Source of the DNA: Eremomyces bilateralis CBS 781.70
Taxonomy: Eukaryota
Assembly: GCA_010015585.1 (NCBI GenBank)
Contig: ML975156.1
Length of the DNA stretch: 64,000 bases
Reading direction: 5' to 3' (one strand)
Shown: in pieces, positions 49,641-62,750 of the stretch
Position numbering within the stretch: position 1 is the stretch's first letter
How the letters are laid out: each line of letters begins with the position of its first letter
Translations under genes and position numbers: made by a program
The notes under the pieces: generated by a model
What the model saw: the letters and a program-made list of their open reading frames with translations, nothing else
The model's database searches: none
Told to the model about the DNA's origin: nothing

Positions 49641-50231
49641 TGACCATAAGGAGTAATCTATTATCCTTGGGCTCATCGGGCTTACAGTCGACCTGGGCGG
49701 ACTGCACAATTCCATTTGCGAAAAGGGTCACGGAAGGCTTCCAATCGCTCAATCTGGAACTTTCATCCAGGTTGTTAGACATATTATACCTAATACTAAC
49801 GTTAGAGACAAGGTTTCTATGCTATCTTAGAAATACTTGACCGGGCTTTGCGGGCGTATCAGTCCTGCATGGTATTCAAGCATTTGCTCAACAGGGGAAT
49901 ACTTTAAATAACGTCAATTGCCATAGACCACATGGCATTGGTGTACATAGATTCATTAGTATTAAATATATTGATGCATACCAAGCGTTTCTTCACTAGA
50001 CTCATTTCCTATGTAAATCTAGTTATCCCATGTGTGGTGCCATTTCAAGGCAACAACGGACATTCCCCTCTAATCACGATATTCCAGCATGGGCTCATGG
50101 CAACGCCTATTTCCACAACCGCCCATCTTTCTGCCCTCTTCATGCCTCTTGATCATTATCCAAAAAAATCTATCTGCCCCCCATATGTCAACCCCAAATT
50201 GCCAAAATTAAATCAAAAAGAAAAATCATAA

Positions 50232-50312
50232 TGGATAAACAGGGGATTGAACCCCGGACCTTTCGCAAGCTAGAGATGCAAAGCGAACGCGCTACCACTG
50301 CGCCATTTACCC
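50232..50312 (-). tRNA. tRNA-Ala(UGC) with 9-nt intron
   Basis: Cloverleaf: GGGTAAA/TTTATCC acceptor with G3:U70, GCGC/GCGC D stem, TTCGC/GCGAA anticodon stem with TGC, CGGGG-TTCAATC-CCCTG T arm, discriminator A, downstream oligo-T. Confidence 0.95.
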
Positions 50313-50679
50313 AGAATAAATAAAATGTACCTAAGATTGAATAGGTGGTTAGTGCGGATTCGGGTATATCAAAGCATGAAAGATCAGTATCATGCTGATA
50401 GGTAGGACCGTATTTGCTTACCTGTAGGTGTGGAATATCTTACAAGGAATTCATCCTGCCGTATCCTTGCTCCTCGGCTCTGTAATGGAATCCAGAATGA
50501 ATCTGATTTATGCAACATGCATAGTTCAGCACGACCCGCACCGTGCATGCTCATTCTCTGCGCTGACATCCGACTGATGCCGTGAGACTTCAACTTCAAC
50601 TTCTCGCCGTTTCATCAATCGGGAAACAAAAGCTGGGTTACTTAATTATGTCTTGGTACCAGACTGTTGCTGTAAGTCC

Positions 50680-51911
50680 ATGTTTTTTGCCGTATCTCGG
50701 AGACCTCAATCTCATAGAAGTCAGGCCCTGCTCGCTATAGCGGCAGCGTTTTATCCGTCCATTGTGGGGCGGTATCAGACCGTTCGCATCATTCTGGACA
50801 ATGTCCCGGGAAAAATGATCGAGGTGGATCAGTTCGCGGCAAAGACGATCGAGTTCGAGAATGTATTACGGAATTGCGAGGACGTGATCATGGTTCCGGA
50901 GCACAAGTATGCGATCTTGAGCTGTGACCCCGGACGGGATCGCTGGAATACCGTCCTGGTAAATATGGTTGCTTGAATCAGAGACGCACAACCCTCATTC
51001 ACTGGGTGTAGGGGATATTCATTACGCCAAACATTTCGGGTCGGCTGTACCATTACGATTATACGGACACCGCGGGCGAGAGCAATGGTTTGTATCCCAT
51101 TGAGCTCCACCAGTACGACAAAGTTATCCACGCTCTGGGGGTTGAACTCCACAAGCCCACCAACACGCTCTTCTTCGTCAACCACGACGCCGACGGCCCC
51201 ACTATAGAGGTCTTCCAATACCAACCCCAGCAGCATCGCGCCGTGCTGAAGCGTAGCATCTCGCACCCGCTCCTGAACGCGCCCAACAACCTCGTCGCGT
51301 TGAATGAAAACGAACTGTACATCACCAACGACCACTACTTCAAACCCGAGTACAGCCGCCCGCTCAACCTCCTTGAGACCTACCTCGCCCTCCCCGGCGG
51401 CACAGTGACGTACGTAAACCTCGCCACCAACGCCTTCCGCACCGTCGCCCGCGCCCCCTTTGCGAACGGAATCGTCATGTTCAACGCGACGACCCTCGCA
51501 GTCGCGTCGACCACCTTCCCCGGCGTATATCTCTACTCCGTCGACGCGGCCACCCATGCCCTGACCCTGCAGCAGACCATCCGGGCGGGTTTCTTCACCG
51601 ACAACCTCAGCATGGACGGCGACGGGAAGCTGCTAATCGCGGGGCATCCGTTCCCGATGGCGTTGGGGACGGTGGCGAGGGAGAATCATAGGTATGACTT
51701 CGAAGGGACGGGGGAGGGGCTGGATGTGAAAGAGCGGCCGAGGGCGGCGAGCGGGGTGGCGGAGTGGGATGGAAATGCAGAGGGGGTGCTGAGGCTGTTG
51801 TATTTGGGGAATGAGTATGGGACATCGACGACGGCGGTGAGGGACGTGAGGGAGAAGATCGGGATTGTGGCCGGGCTTTATGAGAAGGGGATTTTGGTCT
51901 GGAGGGAGTGA
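50680..51911 (+). CDS. Paraoxonase/arylesterase-like beta-propeller (calcium-dependent phosphotriesterase family)
   Basis: Intron 50959-51011. NCED, SCDPGRDRWNTV, FVNH, PNNL, ITNDH, ANGI, DNL. Confidence 0.85.
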
Positions 51912-52255
51912 TGTCTCGTCGAGTCGGGTTGGATGGCAGGTGGAGATATCCTGGGTGGGCAGCAATAGGTAATGGCCAGTGGAACTGTGGGTGGGCGGCT
52001 CTAAAGGGTAATGTTAAAATGGTTCGCTCCTTGTTATCACCTTTTGACATAATTTGAAGTCCCAAGTGGGTAATCATCCCCTCTCTAGGAATAGTGTAAT
52101 ACTCTATGCAGCGGACCGATCCCCCATTCGATACTCACTCGCCAATCGCTTCCTGGACATATCAAGGCCGTGTCTAAGCACTCTTTATTGATAATACACA
52201 CCGTTCCCACCGAATCGCCAAACACCTCCCTTGCAATGCAATTGGTCACTTTTGT

Positions 52256-53194
52256 CTAGTTCTTGCCTTTGGCTTCGGCCTCCGCAGCCAACCGGTCGTG
52301 CTCCTCAATATCCCTATATTCCAATCAGTAGTGTTTCACGCAGGGGAATCGGAAAACTCACTTCGCTTCCCACGGATAACAAATCCACACATCTCCCACC
52401 GTGCGCGCGGCCATGTACCGTCCGCCACTCATCATATCGGTCGGGAGCGTCCCTTTCTTAGTTTTATCTTTGTTCTACATTCAATCAGCATCCGCCAACA
52501 CGTTTCCAGAGTCAACCCAACCCACATGCAGGACAAACACCCCCCACCGCGTCTCCATTCCCTCCGCCTCTTTTCCCATCCGCTCTTTTGCCTCTTGCAC
52601 ATCCTTCTCCAGCTCGCGAACCGCGTACTCCAGCGTCGTGCGCGTATCGTCCACCTCGTCGACGATAAGGATATTCTTCCCGACTAGGCTCGTCATGCTC
52701 AGGGACGACAGGTCCAGCCATTGTGTGCGGGTGACTTTGGTGCCGGGGGTTTCGATCGGGTTGTCGGAGACGCCTAGCTGCTCGTAGAGGGAGAGGCCGA
52801 TGGCTTGAATGGGGATGTTCGGCGCGCCTGGCTGCTTGAGGAAGGACCTATATGAACCATCTCAGCCATCTGGTTTTGTAGGAAGATCACGGTGGAACGA
52901 GAGAAACTCGGACGCTGTGGGCGGATGTTCACATACCGCAGGATCCGTGCCGGCACATAACCTCCACCACCGATGGCGATCATGAGAGTCGGTTGGAACT
53001 CATGGAGGATATCCTTTGCGGAACGGGCACAGAGTTTGTGGACCTATACGCCCGAATAGCGTGATTAGCACATCTTCATGTTACCGGTACTAGCCTGCCT
53101 TCGAAGCGCCAGATACGGCTATCTGAAGCGACGCGGAGGGGTGGATAGTGGGGAGATGAACCTCATTATATGTAACGTAGATCTTCTCGGCCAT
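52256..53194 (-). CDS. Hypoxanthine/xanthine-guanine phosphoribosyltransferase (Hpt1/Xpt1 type)
   Basis: Five exons. EKIYVTYNEVHKLC, IAIGGGGYVPARILR, LIVDEVDDTRTTL, WICYPWE. Confidence 0.93.
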
Positions 53195-56100
53195 CTTGAG
53201 AGATTCCCACCGTTCGGAGTAAGGATTCGAAAGTGAGAGAAGAGAGAGGCGCTTAAGCAAGTATTTTGCCAGAGAAAAAGAATTGATGTTGTACTTTACG
53301 GTGGGCGTTAACTCATCATGACTGGAATTTCTCTGTCGGCGGAGCCCTCCGATGGACCGCTAAGCTCGATCAGGAAAGTATACTGGCAAATCCACTGAAA
53401 ATTGAGGTTATGTAAGAAGCATATTTCAGCCCTTTCAACCTCACTCCGTTTTCTTCAATCGTAGTCGCCTGGGGTGGGTGTTCTGGTGATGAATGAACAG
53501 AAAGACGCATCCTATATCGCACCGATGAACGTAGGGATGGCAAGAACGAGTCGAACTGCGTCATTGCTTGTAGTCAGAGTGCAGCCGTCCAAATGGGAAC
53601 ATGGGCTGACCAGAATAGAGGGATTCCATGGAAATTGGCAAGGCTCCCCTATTTACCGTCTGTATGTCCTACATATCGCCAGGTATTGCCATTCCCATCT
53701 CGGTTTCATTTGCCCATTCCCAATATTAGTAGAAAGTAAGGTATCAAGCTAGATGCAATATCAAGAGCATTTATTGCAGATAAGGATGAAATAAGCCAAT
53801 CTCATTTCGTTTGTACGCTTCCACCACCGTTACACGACTCGAGAATTTCATCTCACGCGCATGAGGGTGGATATGGGGCACATCATCGACAATGCATCAA
53901 GTGTGTACCAATGTCCCTCAATGCATAGGGGATTGCATATGCTTCGCAACCACGAACAGCGCCCTCTCAGTTTCGGTACCAGACCTGTATCCGTTGCACG
54001 AGAAGGCGCTCCACTGGTAGTATGTATAATAGCACGTGTGCGGCGCAATATTCATGCGATGTTACTTCCCCTTACAGGCGCATTTCGCATACAGCTGGGA
54101 TGTGATTGCGAGAATCATCTTCCATACTAATGGTAAGCTGTCCAAGGAGATGTAGATTAGGGCTTGATATTAAAAGTACATTAGGCATGGGACTGGGCAT
54201 GTGACCTCATCCATGATTGTTATGGCTTATGAGCACCTTGTATACCGCCTACCGGACGCCGATGTTGAAGTCTAGCCAGGAAAATACGCTAACTGATCAG
54301 GATTTTCAGGAGCGATCATGGCTTCAACTCAGCTGCGAACACCGCTCGGAGATTCTTCTCGCCTCCAGCTATGGGAAAGGAGAAGCTTCCATCCCCACCC
54401 CCCCAGCGTTGGCACGTCCTTTTCGGCTGGGGATCCCATTCATGGCGACCCCGGGTTTGAGGGGCGCCGAATTGCGTCCAGGAACAGAGCCAACGTGGAA
54501 ATGCTAAATAGACGACGACCTCTGCCGAACTCAGATGCCTGTCGATGAGATTAATCGGCGACGGTAGGAACGGTCGCCACAGGATTCGGCGAAATTTCGT
54601 CCTGGGCAGCACTGAGCACACGCGTCGGAACGAGCAATGGACGCCTTCTGGCGGCGCGTCGTCGCGAGTTCGGACGTTCAGAATCAGCCATCAGCCATGG
54701 ACCCCAAGGTTGAGGTGGCCTGGCGGCTGAGTTTGAGGCAGTGAGAGGAACCGGGAATCGGAGATCGCTCTGCCGATGGCTTTGACCAACTCTTTGACCG
54801 TGCTGATCAGCGGGCTTGATATCCTGTCACTGTTCGCAACCGCCAAGGATTCCGATGCGATTTATCTTTCAATCTGCAACATGTATTCGAGGTACAGGTA
54901 CCTAGGCATGACAACTGCTTCATATTGAGATTGATCGGCGCCTATTTTTGGGGCCAATTTATCGGTTGGCCAGTCTTTGCAAGCTCCCTCCCTAGAGTGC
55001 CAAGGGAATGTAAAGCTGTGCCGCTGGGAATAAATCCAGTCAACAGCGCTCCTATGAGCATATCGCATCATGGAGCTTAATGTGGTGGGAATTTAGCAGT
55101 CGCGGCATGTGACGCTAACGACACTACTACTGGCACTATTTCGGCTATGGGAATGTCGTTCATTTTCGAGTCAATACAAAAGCATTGTCAATGATACGTG
55201 TCAAATCATAGGCCACTACTATACATGGACCGGAGTAATCAGCAGGTTTCCACAGACGAGCAAGTTAAGAAATATGCCGTTGGAAAAGCACCTGCGGCTG
55301 TACAGCGTTATCGAACTTATGGCAGGAAGCGCCGTTATCATTGCCCAGGAAATCTCGCCCTCCATTTCATTGGAGTTGAAGGCGGAAAAGGAGCTCTGGC
55401 CAGGAGCTAGGGCACCCGTTCCGCTGCCTGTCATCAAACCGGGGATCCCATCACCCATGTCAAGCCGCCAAGGTCTCAGTTAGGGGGAGCGCATTTACTA
55501 CGAAGAGTCTAAGACTCTCCCGCAGATGCGCCCAGGGGATAAACGGTCCCAACTCCCAAATGTCAAAGGAACGGGAGGGAGAGCAAGACTTGCGGAACCG
55601 CCATCCCCACCGCCTCTGAATCAGGCGTTCTGGAATTGCGTCGAGCGCTCGGCTGCTGCTGATCGGTTCCATAGACCCTGGAGAAAGTGGCTCTCTCGAG
55701 CTGTCACTGGAGAAACCGACCGATTGCGGCGGTATGCCAGCGTTGTACAATGGCTTATTTATGATATGGCTTGAACGAGGAATTTGGGACACCTCGTGGG
55801 CAGGGAAGAGCCATGGTTCTGGGCTGTCAGGACCCATGAAACAATTTCCGGAATGGCATTTTTGCGATCCTTCTCGCGGGAGAATATAGCGAATAGGGAG
55901 TGAGGCGTTCGGGGGGTTCGATTGGATTCCTGCAGCTGGTTAGGAGGTTAGGAGATACGGAGGATACTTGGGGAACCTGGAGATGGGGGAGGCGTCACGT
56001 CGCTTGCGTTTATGCGTTAACGGGCAGCACCGCACTGACCATTCTTCCGCCTCGGAACTCTCCATCTCCAGCTTAAGCAAAAGCCACCCACCATGATGCC

Positions 56101-56994
56101 AGCAGCCCAGCAAGCCAGTAAATCGACATGGAAACTCCATTCTAAACTCAATACAGTCTTCTCAAACCTTCACATCCATGTCCGCCATATACCCAGACTG
56201 TCCCAAAGTCTCCTAAACCGTCGTTTCCTGCGAGACTTGCGCTTTACAATGAGCCTGCCCCGATCCTCGCTCCATCTTTCTCTTCTCCTCGTCTTCTTCG
56301 CCAGCCCTCACGATCGAGTTCTTTGTTTGGCGCACTGATCCATTAGTCGCGACAGCTTGGGTGATTCGTGTTCAAAGACCCCGCGACCACCACTTGACGA
56401 TTTCGGTTCTCCTTTCCGCCGACTTGGAACTCCTATTCACGGCCGATCTTCGCGACGCATATCTTTGCCATCCAGCATTGCTCTGCGAAATCTATCTTAT
56501 CTATTCGCACATGTAGCGTTCTCCAAGCGACCAATTTGGGGTACTCATAGCTAAACCGCCATTGGTGCTGCAGTGAACAAAGACTTCCACATTTTGTTCT
56601 TGACCTTCTCACGGCCTGTCCTGTCATGATCTACGACCGTCCAATTTCTTAGCATCGCGTTAGCTTTGGAAATCGAGCCCAACGAATATCTCCGAGGTCA
56701 TATACACTCCTTGGACCCGACCTCGTGAATAGTTCTGCCAGACTCAGGGACAAACGGGCTTCCCCTTACCTTCCTTGACATTGCGATGATATAACGGGCC
56801 ATCTGAAACCGGTGGCACATTTCTTTCTTTATTGGGGCATTCATCCCTTGCTGCAGTTGCTCCTCAGTACGTCGGGATTGGTGTCTCGTTAGCGCGCTGG
56901 GACATTCCGGGGAAGTCTGAAAAATTTGGTGTTTGAAGCCTTCAAGGTCCAGGATTTACATGCTTCAAGTCGGCTGAGAAGCAAGGTCGACACG

Positions 56995-59208
56995 ATGGCT
57001 TCAACGGCAGAATCAATCCGCCGAAGCCCCTTCGCAACGGATCACAATCACGGGCCGATACACAAGTCAATACCGATTTTACCTTCGTCGTCCTTCACTC
57101 CCCCAGGAGATCCAATGGATATCACACCGACCAATTCGAACGATTCCCAAAGAATGAGACCACCACCAGCTGCCAATAGCCAAAATGGCGATCGACCTGC
57201 GGCCTCCCAAAATCAGAACCAGCAGTCGTCGCAAAGTCAATCGGAGTCTCCGGCGGCAGCTTTGGATACACCACCCACTACGAACGGCTCATCTTCTCTG
57301 CCAGTAGGTGCTGCCGCGGCTGCGCAGCAGCCTAAAGTTGTTCAGACCGCATTTATTCATAAGCTATACAAGTGAGTGCCGACAAATTGCCACGAAGGGC
57401 CGTGAACTCAACTAACGGATGCCAGTATGTTGGAAGATCCGAGTATACAACATTTGATTTCCTGGTCAAGTACAAATGAGAGTTTTGTCATGTCGCCATC
57501 TAGCGAGTTTTCCAAAGTGTTATCGTACGTATATCGCCAGCGATATGTACCAGTCCAAAGCTAACTATTTATTGGCAGATCCTATTTCAAACACACTAAT
57601 ATCTCATCCTTTGTTCGCCAACTGAACATGTACGGATTCCATAAAGGTATGCATAAGCTCGCAACAGGTCCGACGATAGTATTGCTAATTCTTAGCAGTC
57701 AGCGATGTCTTTCACACCGGCCAGCCCGATTCTCCATTGTGGGAGTTCAAGCACGGGAATGGCAGCTTCAAACGAGGCGATTTGGTCGGATTGAGAGAGA
57801 TCAAACGCAGAGCTTCAAGGCATGCACTGATCCATCGAGATTCGTTTTCCACTGCACCGAAAGTGGCGCCGCCACCACCTGGCGCCCAAGCCAGTGTGGA
57901 GCATATGCAAGATCCGCAAGCCATGGGAAATGCACTCGATTCCCGATTACAGCAGATGGATCACACTATGTATGAGCTGCTGCATCGTGCCAACCGCACC
58001 GAAGACAGCTACGCATACCTTAACCAGCGATATCAATTTGTCAGTGATGGCTTGTTACGGTGCCACCAAGTCAGTTCTTTCCCCGCTCTTGTGTCGAGTA
58101 CAATTGAAGTTCGATTTCTGACTCGTGTACAGTGGAACCATGAGCTTTCCAGCTATTTGCTCCACATGATTCCCGATCCTGAGAATCCTGTACACAAAGA
58201 TGGTAATTTTGTTTCCCGGATACGAACGTGCTACGCGAGTCAGATCCAATATGCTAACACGCGGCAGTGACCATGATGCAGCGGGAAATCGCCCGGCAGA
58301 TCGACCAGATTCGATCTTTTGACGAGCCTCCAGAACCCCTGTCGTCGTCTCGACAAACATACTTCAACAGCCTCCACGACACGGGCCAATCACTATCCCC
58401 ACGTCAGCTACCGCAAGATATCCTTGAACAGCGCCGCGGGTCCCTCACTGCTTCCATCCCCCGACCGTCTCCATTCCGCACTCCTCTCGCGCCTCACCTC
58501 GCCATCTCCCCGCGTCGCTACGGCTCCATCGGCTCCTCCAGCAACACGTACTCACCCTCATCCGCCCGCACCCCCCAGCACGTGCCTCTACAACCCCCGG
58601 CACCCCCTACACAACACCCTCTCGCCACCTCATCCTCCTCTTCTCCTCCCGCGAACCTCCCCCGCCGCCACACATCCGCTGACATCCGCCTCCACGGCTG
58701 GAACCCCTCCCTCGCCGGCCAACCCCAGTCCTCCCAGCCCCCCCTTCCACCTCACGCCCACTCCCCGTACGCGTCCGGCGCCAACTCCACCCAATGGCCC
58801 TCCTCCCCCTCCCGCGCCCCCGTCGGCGACTCCGCCATCCAAGCCACCCTCGCGCAATATGAACTCCCACGCGGCCCCTCTTCCACAAACCCGACCTCCA
58901 GTCTCGCTCGCAACGTCACGCCGCCACCCACGCTCTCCTTGACTAGCGACGGGCCCAACGGTCCGCCGATGGACGCGCCGTTCGGGTCGAGCTGGCAGTT
59001 GCCGGGCGCGCGGTTCAACTTTAAGGGGTTCGGCGCGCCGGGTAGCAGCGGGGGCTTGGAGCCGCCAGGTGGAGGGAGCATGCCGCCGACGAGGAGGAGC
59101 AGTATGGCGAGCAATGTGCATAGTCTGTTGAATCCGGCGGAGACGGTGGAGCGGGAGGGGGAGGATGAGGGGGAGCCTGGGGGTGGGGCGAAGAGGAAGA
59201 GGGTGTAG
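56995..59208 (+). CDS. SFL1: HSF-type transcription factor, Sfl1-like
   Basis: Six exons. KVVQTAFIHKLYNMLED, YFKHTNISSFVRQLNMYGFHKV, WEFKHG, REIKRRASR, RRHTSADIR, VHSLLNP. Confidence 0.85.
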
Positions 59209-59939
59209 ACGATGTGAAGTAGGTGGAGAGGTTGGAGATGAGCGTTTTTATCAGGTGAACTTCGGGGATTTATGTGCATGGTAGGGTCATTTCGTTTTCA
59301 TGTCAATGTTGGTGAAGGGGCGTTCGACTTTTGTGCTCATTGTTCAGTAGTTTTGGCAAGGGTAGGAGGCTGTTTGTATTTTTGTCGCTCATGGATGAGG
59401 GCTTTGGATGTACTAATACCGAGTTCTTGGACATACCTAAGTATTTACGATAATGTCACCGGCAGGAACTGTGTCAGGCCATCATTCCCCTTCTATTCTT
59501 TAGTATCTCCCCCTGAAAATCTTAGAGTTGTCTGTCTTAGTTCAATTATTTGGTCTTCAAGAGGCCTCTCCTGCTGTCCATCCGAATCCGATGCCTCCAA
59601 CTGGGATTAGCTGCCCAACGTAGGGTCCATTTCCACTTGGGGCGACCCTATGCTGCGGCGGCCGTTGCACCGAGTCCCACGGAGTTGAAGCCGCGTATGC
59701 GGGGAGAATTTTCAGAATCTTGGACTTATTCCTCTTCACAATCTCAGGGATTTCAATCGCGCGAAGTTCTTAGATCAATCCCATCTCATCTTTCGATTCC
59801 ATAAACTTCTGGGGTTTCGAGACCACTTCTGGATATGCGTATCAAGTCCAACGCGTAGGCGATGAGAGACGCCCGGTTATGACACCTTGTTTCTCATGTA
59901 CAACGGCTTGAATAATGTCACCAATAAAGCCCCTCTCAT

Positions 59940-61121
59940 CTAAGCCTCCGCGTGGTCTGCCGGAAGTGGTTGCGGCTCGTTCGCTCGGAAGTGCCAAGTC
60001 GGCTTGACTGGTTTCTCCACCCCTCTTCGAAGACCAAAATTCGTTGGCGTGGCCAATGAGCGGGCAATTTGCGGAAACTCTAACAAGAGTTGTACGTCCA
60101 GCTTCGGTTTCCTCCACAGTTTGTCCTTGGACCATGTTGGACAAATCACAAGGGCCTTCCTTTCAACAAGTGCGTTCTCCACTCCGGTTAGATTCCCGAT
60201 ATGGTGCTTTCTGAATTTGAGTGTCTCGTCCGGATTTGTCAATGAAGTTCAACAGCAGACCACTGGCATTTGACGGGTCTTGTCTGATAAAGGGCCCAAT
60301 AAAGGTCCTTCTCTTGATATCATTTCCTCTGATGCATAGGAGATTAGGAGGCCTAGATACAGATCATCGTCGGCTGTTTGGTGCACCGGCAACGTTATCT
60401 CTACACGTAGGCTTGTAATAGCGAACGAAGCCCTGTTTGCATCCGGATCATGGATAAAATCCCCAGAGTCCTGAAATGCGCCCGGTGATACTGCAAACAT
60501 GCCGGGGGTGTAGGTTTTGAGTATAAACCGCGCAAACTGGGGTAATATCGTCCCCGGCTCATTCCAGTCAAATATTGTATAATTGGAAGAACTCCTAATA
60601 ATTTATTCCTGGAGCCGCTTGAAAGCCTCGCTACCTTCTCCATATATAAGCGGTATATTGACTTCGAAGATTCCGAGCAAAGAAGAGGTCCGGTCCTCAA
60701 GCCTTCTTGTGCTCCTGTTGGCTGCCCAGGACCTCTTCTGAGCGACGCTAGAATCTCACAATTGATTTCGGCTTTGAAGAAGCGCCGTGTCGATATGCAT
60801 GATCTCCTGGGGTGTTTTCACCATTCCGTATTTGTCGCCGATATCGTGCTAGGATCTGTTGTAGAAGATGACATCTATAGGTGCAATCAGTTCCTGAAGA
60901 GTCTAACCTCCCCCGAACCACTTGCAATGTTTCAACGAATCGCGCTCCACAGGAAGATCGAGGTTGAAGGGGACTTCACTGCAATAGTCGGAAAGATAGA
61001 CATAGCACACTGCGGCATCCTGATACCAACTGAACATCGAGTTATGAGGGAGGATCGCATAATCTGGAATGTCACCCACAAATTCCCGCACCTCATACGT
61101 TTTCGTATTGAAAAGTTTCAT
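59940..61121 (-). pseudogene. HET-domain gene remnant with internal deletion and multiple stops
   Basis: MKLFNTKT...YAILPH|NSMFSWYQDAAVCYVYLSD...WFGGG*TLQELIAP...NRS*...SWAANR...LLGIFEVNIPLIYGEG..AFKRLQE*II...IFDW. 3' limit approximate. Confidence 0.85.
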
Positions 61122-62750
61122 TTGGATTCCGTTCAAAGCCTTCAAGCAAATGGCACGCTTGAAGATTAATGTCGACTTTGCTGGCATGCTGCTAGAGAGA
61201 CTAATAGGAATACCCAGGCGAAAGATTGGTGCAAGATAAGGTAGAATAAGAATTTGAGAGGGGAAAAGACAAGATTGAATGGAAAACTAGAGCGAAGGAT
61301 AAGGGAGCCTATCGGAAGATATATAAGGCGTTAAACGTGTGTAGACAGCAAACAGCACTCAGTGCTTGCAGTGAAAGTTCGGTCACCTATCACAACGGAT
61401 GAACAGCGCCTAAAATGTACCTGCGGTGAGTAACTCATGAAAAACGGGAGTGGATGAGGATATACCTTATGTATCAGTGTAGCGCCGGCTTCATTGCCGT
61501 AATGGTAGGACTGAACCTAGATCCTTACTTAATTTGATTGACTGGTTAGGTTTCAGCAGAATGGTAGAAGAATGCTGGATAAAATCAGAGGTGTGTGATA
61601 CTTAGGATATTACCTTCTCCGGCGCTGCTATTTTTCGGGTTTTCAGGACCTTGACATGCCATAGTGCTCCGAAAACTAAATGTAAGAACAATAGGAAGAA
61701 CAATAGGAAGTATTGTATGTTTCTAAGCCCAAAGTATTAGCTGAGCGTCAATACTATGACACTTTGGTGCAGCATTTAGTCCCGTGGGATTGGACGGCCT
61801 TCCAAAAGACGGTCGGCAAACAATCACAGCTCACAAGCAATAAATGGCACCATGAAGTTTTGAGGCGGCCGAATTTCTTTCTACCTAGCACGATATACGC
61901 TTCTACGCGCGCCTCTCAACAATTTTCCGCCTCCTAACAATCCACAACATCTACTCTCTATCTCCTCCATCCATCCCCGCTATCCTCGCACCCACTCCAC
62001 ACAGACGGGATTCCCTTCTCCCCTCCGCTTTCGCCGTTACTAAGCTGAGCCGTCCATGACTACTTGACGAGGGGAGAAGCAGGAAAACCGTGAATGTCTG
62101 CGTGGTACGGATGAGGGTGTTAGCGGGGGTTTAGAACAAAGGAAAGGTAACGAGAAACGAGTGTTGATGGCGTGAAGGAGGTAGGTGTAGTGGCAGCCGA
62201 AGTAGCAGGCTGGAAGGAATTGATTGACAATTTGGGAAGTAGAGGTGCGATCAGCAATGGTCCAAACAAAGGAGACGGGTGTCGTCGCAGACGTCCGGTT
62301 TGTTTATTTCAGTTGCGTGATATGGATTTTTTTGTTCCGTTTTTTGGGGATTTATGGATCCTGGCTCTGGGGACTCTCAGTCCAGTGAGAGACCAGAGGG
62401 TCAGGGGAAAACACTCGCGATAATTGACGGGGAAGAATGTTTCCGAGGAGAGGGGTTCCAGGGGTGCCGAGGGTACCAGAGTGATGAAGTTGGCAGTCTG
62501 AGGGAACTCGTGGTAAGGATAAGCAATCCAGTCGACTGAAAGAAAGGGGAACGAGGACCATAGCGAAGTGGGTTCCGCCAAAGCAAAAATCCAGGTAAAC
62601 GCCTTGGGCACGGGTTCGAGGTTCTCGCGGTCTGAGGGTTGCCCAACATCGAAACCAGTTGGGACCAATCTAGGGTTTCTGTTTCGGTGGTCTGAAATAG
62701 CAAACATGACTCCGACCTACTCCGAATCGCACATATGAAAACCGACATTG

